Shown here in pieces: positions 17,689-18,441 of a stretch of 18,441 nt of DNA. This DNA is from Azolla caroliniana (taxonomy: Eukaryota; Plantae; Polypodiophyta): assembly GCA_043228905.1 (NCBI GenBank), contig JBHGNT010000648.1, positions 1 to 18,441 of the forward strand. Reading direction: 5' to 3'. A model generated the notes under the pieces. That model was not told the DNA's origin and ran no database searches. It worked only from the letters and a program-made list of their open reading frames with translations. Each line of letters opens with the position of its first letter. Positions within the stretch are counted from its first letter, which is position 1. A program made the position numbers and the translations under genes.

Positions 17689-18016
17689 TGTGAGAGAGTG
17701 ACAGATCGAGGGAGAGAAAATGATGATGACAACAATATATTATGTGAGAAGAATATACAAGGAAGGCTAGGAGGCTTAAGATTGGCGTTGAACCGATTTG
17801 GTTCGAAATAATGCCTTGTGCCTCCTTTTATAGTGTTCTCAAGAGTAGTCCTAAAGCTTCTAGAATGTTCCCGAGAAATCTGGAATATACATTAATTTTT
17901 TATAGTAAAACTTAAATAAAAATAATATTTTATGTATTACAATAGATAGTGTAATGGTCAAGAGCTCGACCCATGTAACATAAAGTCATGGGTTCGAGTC
18001 TTGCCATATCATGACA
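17689..18016 (-). repeat. Probable solo LTR (about 328 bp) truncating the LINE
   Basis: On the minus strand TGTCA...TCACA termini and TATA (CTATAAAAAGGAGG at 17834-17821). No TSD found. Confidence 0.55.
17947..18005 (+). promoter_or_regulatory. tRNA-like Pol III A-box/B-box module inside the putative LTR
   Basis: TAGTGTAATGG at 17947 and GGTTCGAGTC at 17991, at tRNA spacing. Confidence 0.6.
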
Positions 18017-18041
18017 GATTTTTGGGAAATTGGTCCCCTCC

Positions 18042-18441
18042 TGATGGGATCCGGTTATGAATGAGGAGATCCGGAAACCGGATCAGATGGACCCAGTGTG
18101 AACTGGAAGTGAAGACTTATTTGTAAATATGTTTTGAGTAAGCCTATTGAGGCTATATTTGTAAATAGCCCTAAGTTCATATAAGTATAAATATGACTTA
18201 GGGCAATCACTTTGTGAGTTAGGTGAGAGGGTTGTCATATTGTTGTAGTGTAGAGAGAGAAAGTGAGTGATACTTTGTTGTAACCGCCGACTGGCGAAGA
18301 TACAGAGCTCGAGGTCATTGCCTCCGAGTCTCTGTTTGTACCTTTTTGATATAGTGATAGTTTGGAGTCTATGGGCTTCCGTGGTTTTTTCCCATTAGGG
18401 TTTTCCACATAAATATTCTGTGTACTCTCTACTTCCCGTTT
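18042..18441 (+). repeat. Copia-type LTR related to 12893-13649, running off the window
   Basis: Starts TGATGGGA. Shares GGCTATATTTGTAAATAGCC, AGTATAAATATGACTTAGGGCAA, TTGTAACCGCCG, GGCGAAGAT and CCGTGGTTTTTTCCC. Confidence 0.85.

Noticed and set aside
17940-18015. Functional tRNA gene (also 7243-7315)
   Set aside because: There is no convincing acceptor or anticodon stem. Only the A/B boxes are retained.
18017-18041. LINE continuation (minus-strand GGDQFPKN) or a PPT for the 17689 LTR
   Set aside because: There is no TSD (ATAGT vs GATTT), the purine run is not adjacent to the LTR, and 25 nt is too short to assign.

Overview
Eukaryotic, transposon-saturated plant DNA, probably bryophyte-like (inferred from the element types and GT-AG introns). 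No ordinary host gene is evident. 1-~6690 is the right part of a probable cargo-carrying DNA transposon. It holds the 3' end of a transposase-like ORF (+), an unknown 364-aa ORF (-) and a reconstructable 5-exon RING-H2 gene (-). That gene's introns are filled by a TAGCTAATTAGCTA palindrome array and an AAACCCTA array, and its exon 2 carries a 4x180-bp duplication. 6705-18441 is a nested retroelement stack. It contains a decayed minus-strand Gypsy with a post-protease -1 frameshift/pseudoknot signal, a recombinant solo LTR and the 3' half of a Copia. It also has a LINE split by a young 2.8-kb internally deleted and inverted LTR element (TSD ATATT), plus two more LTRs. Two minus-oriented LTRs each carry a tRNA-like A-box/B-box module in antisense.
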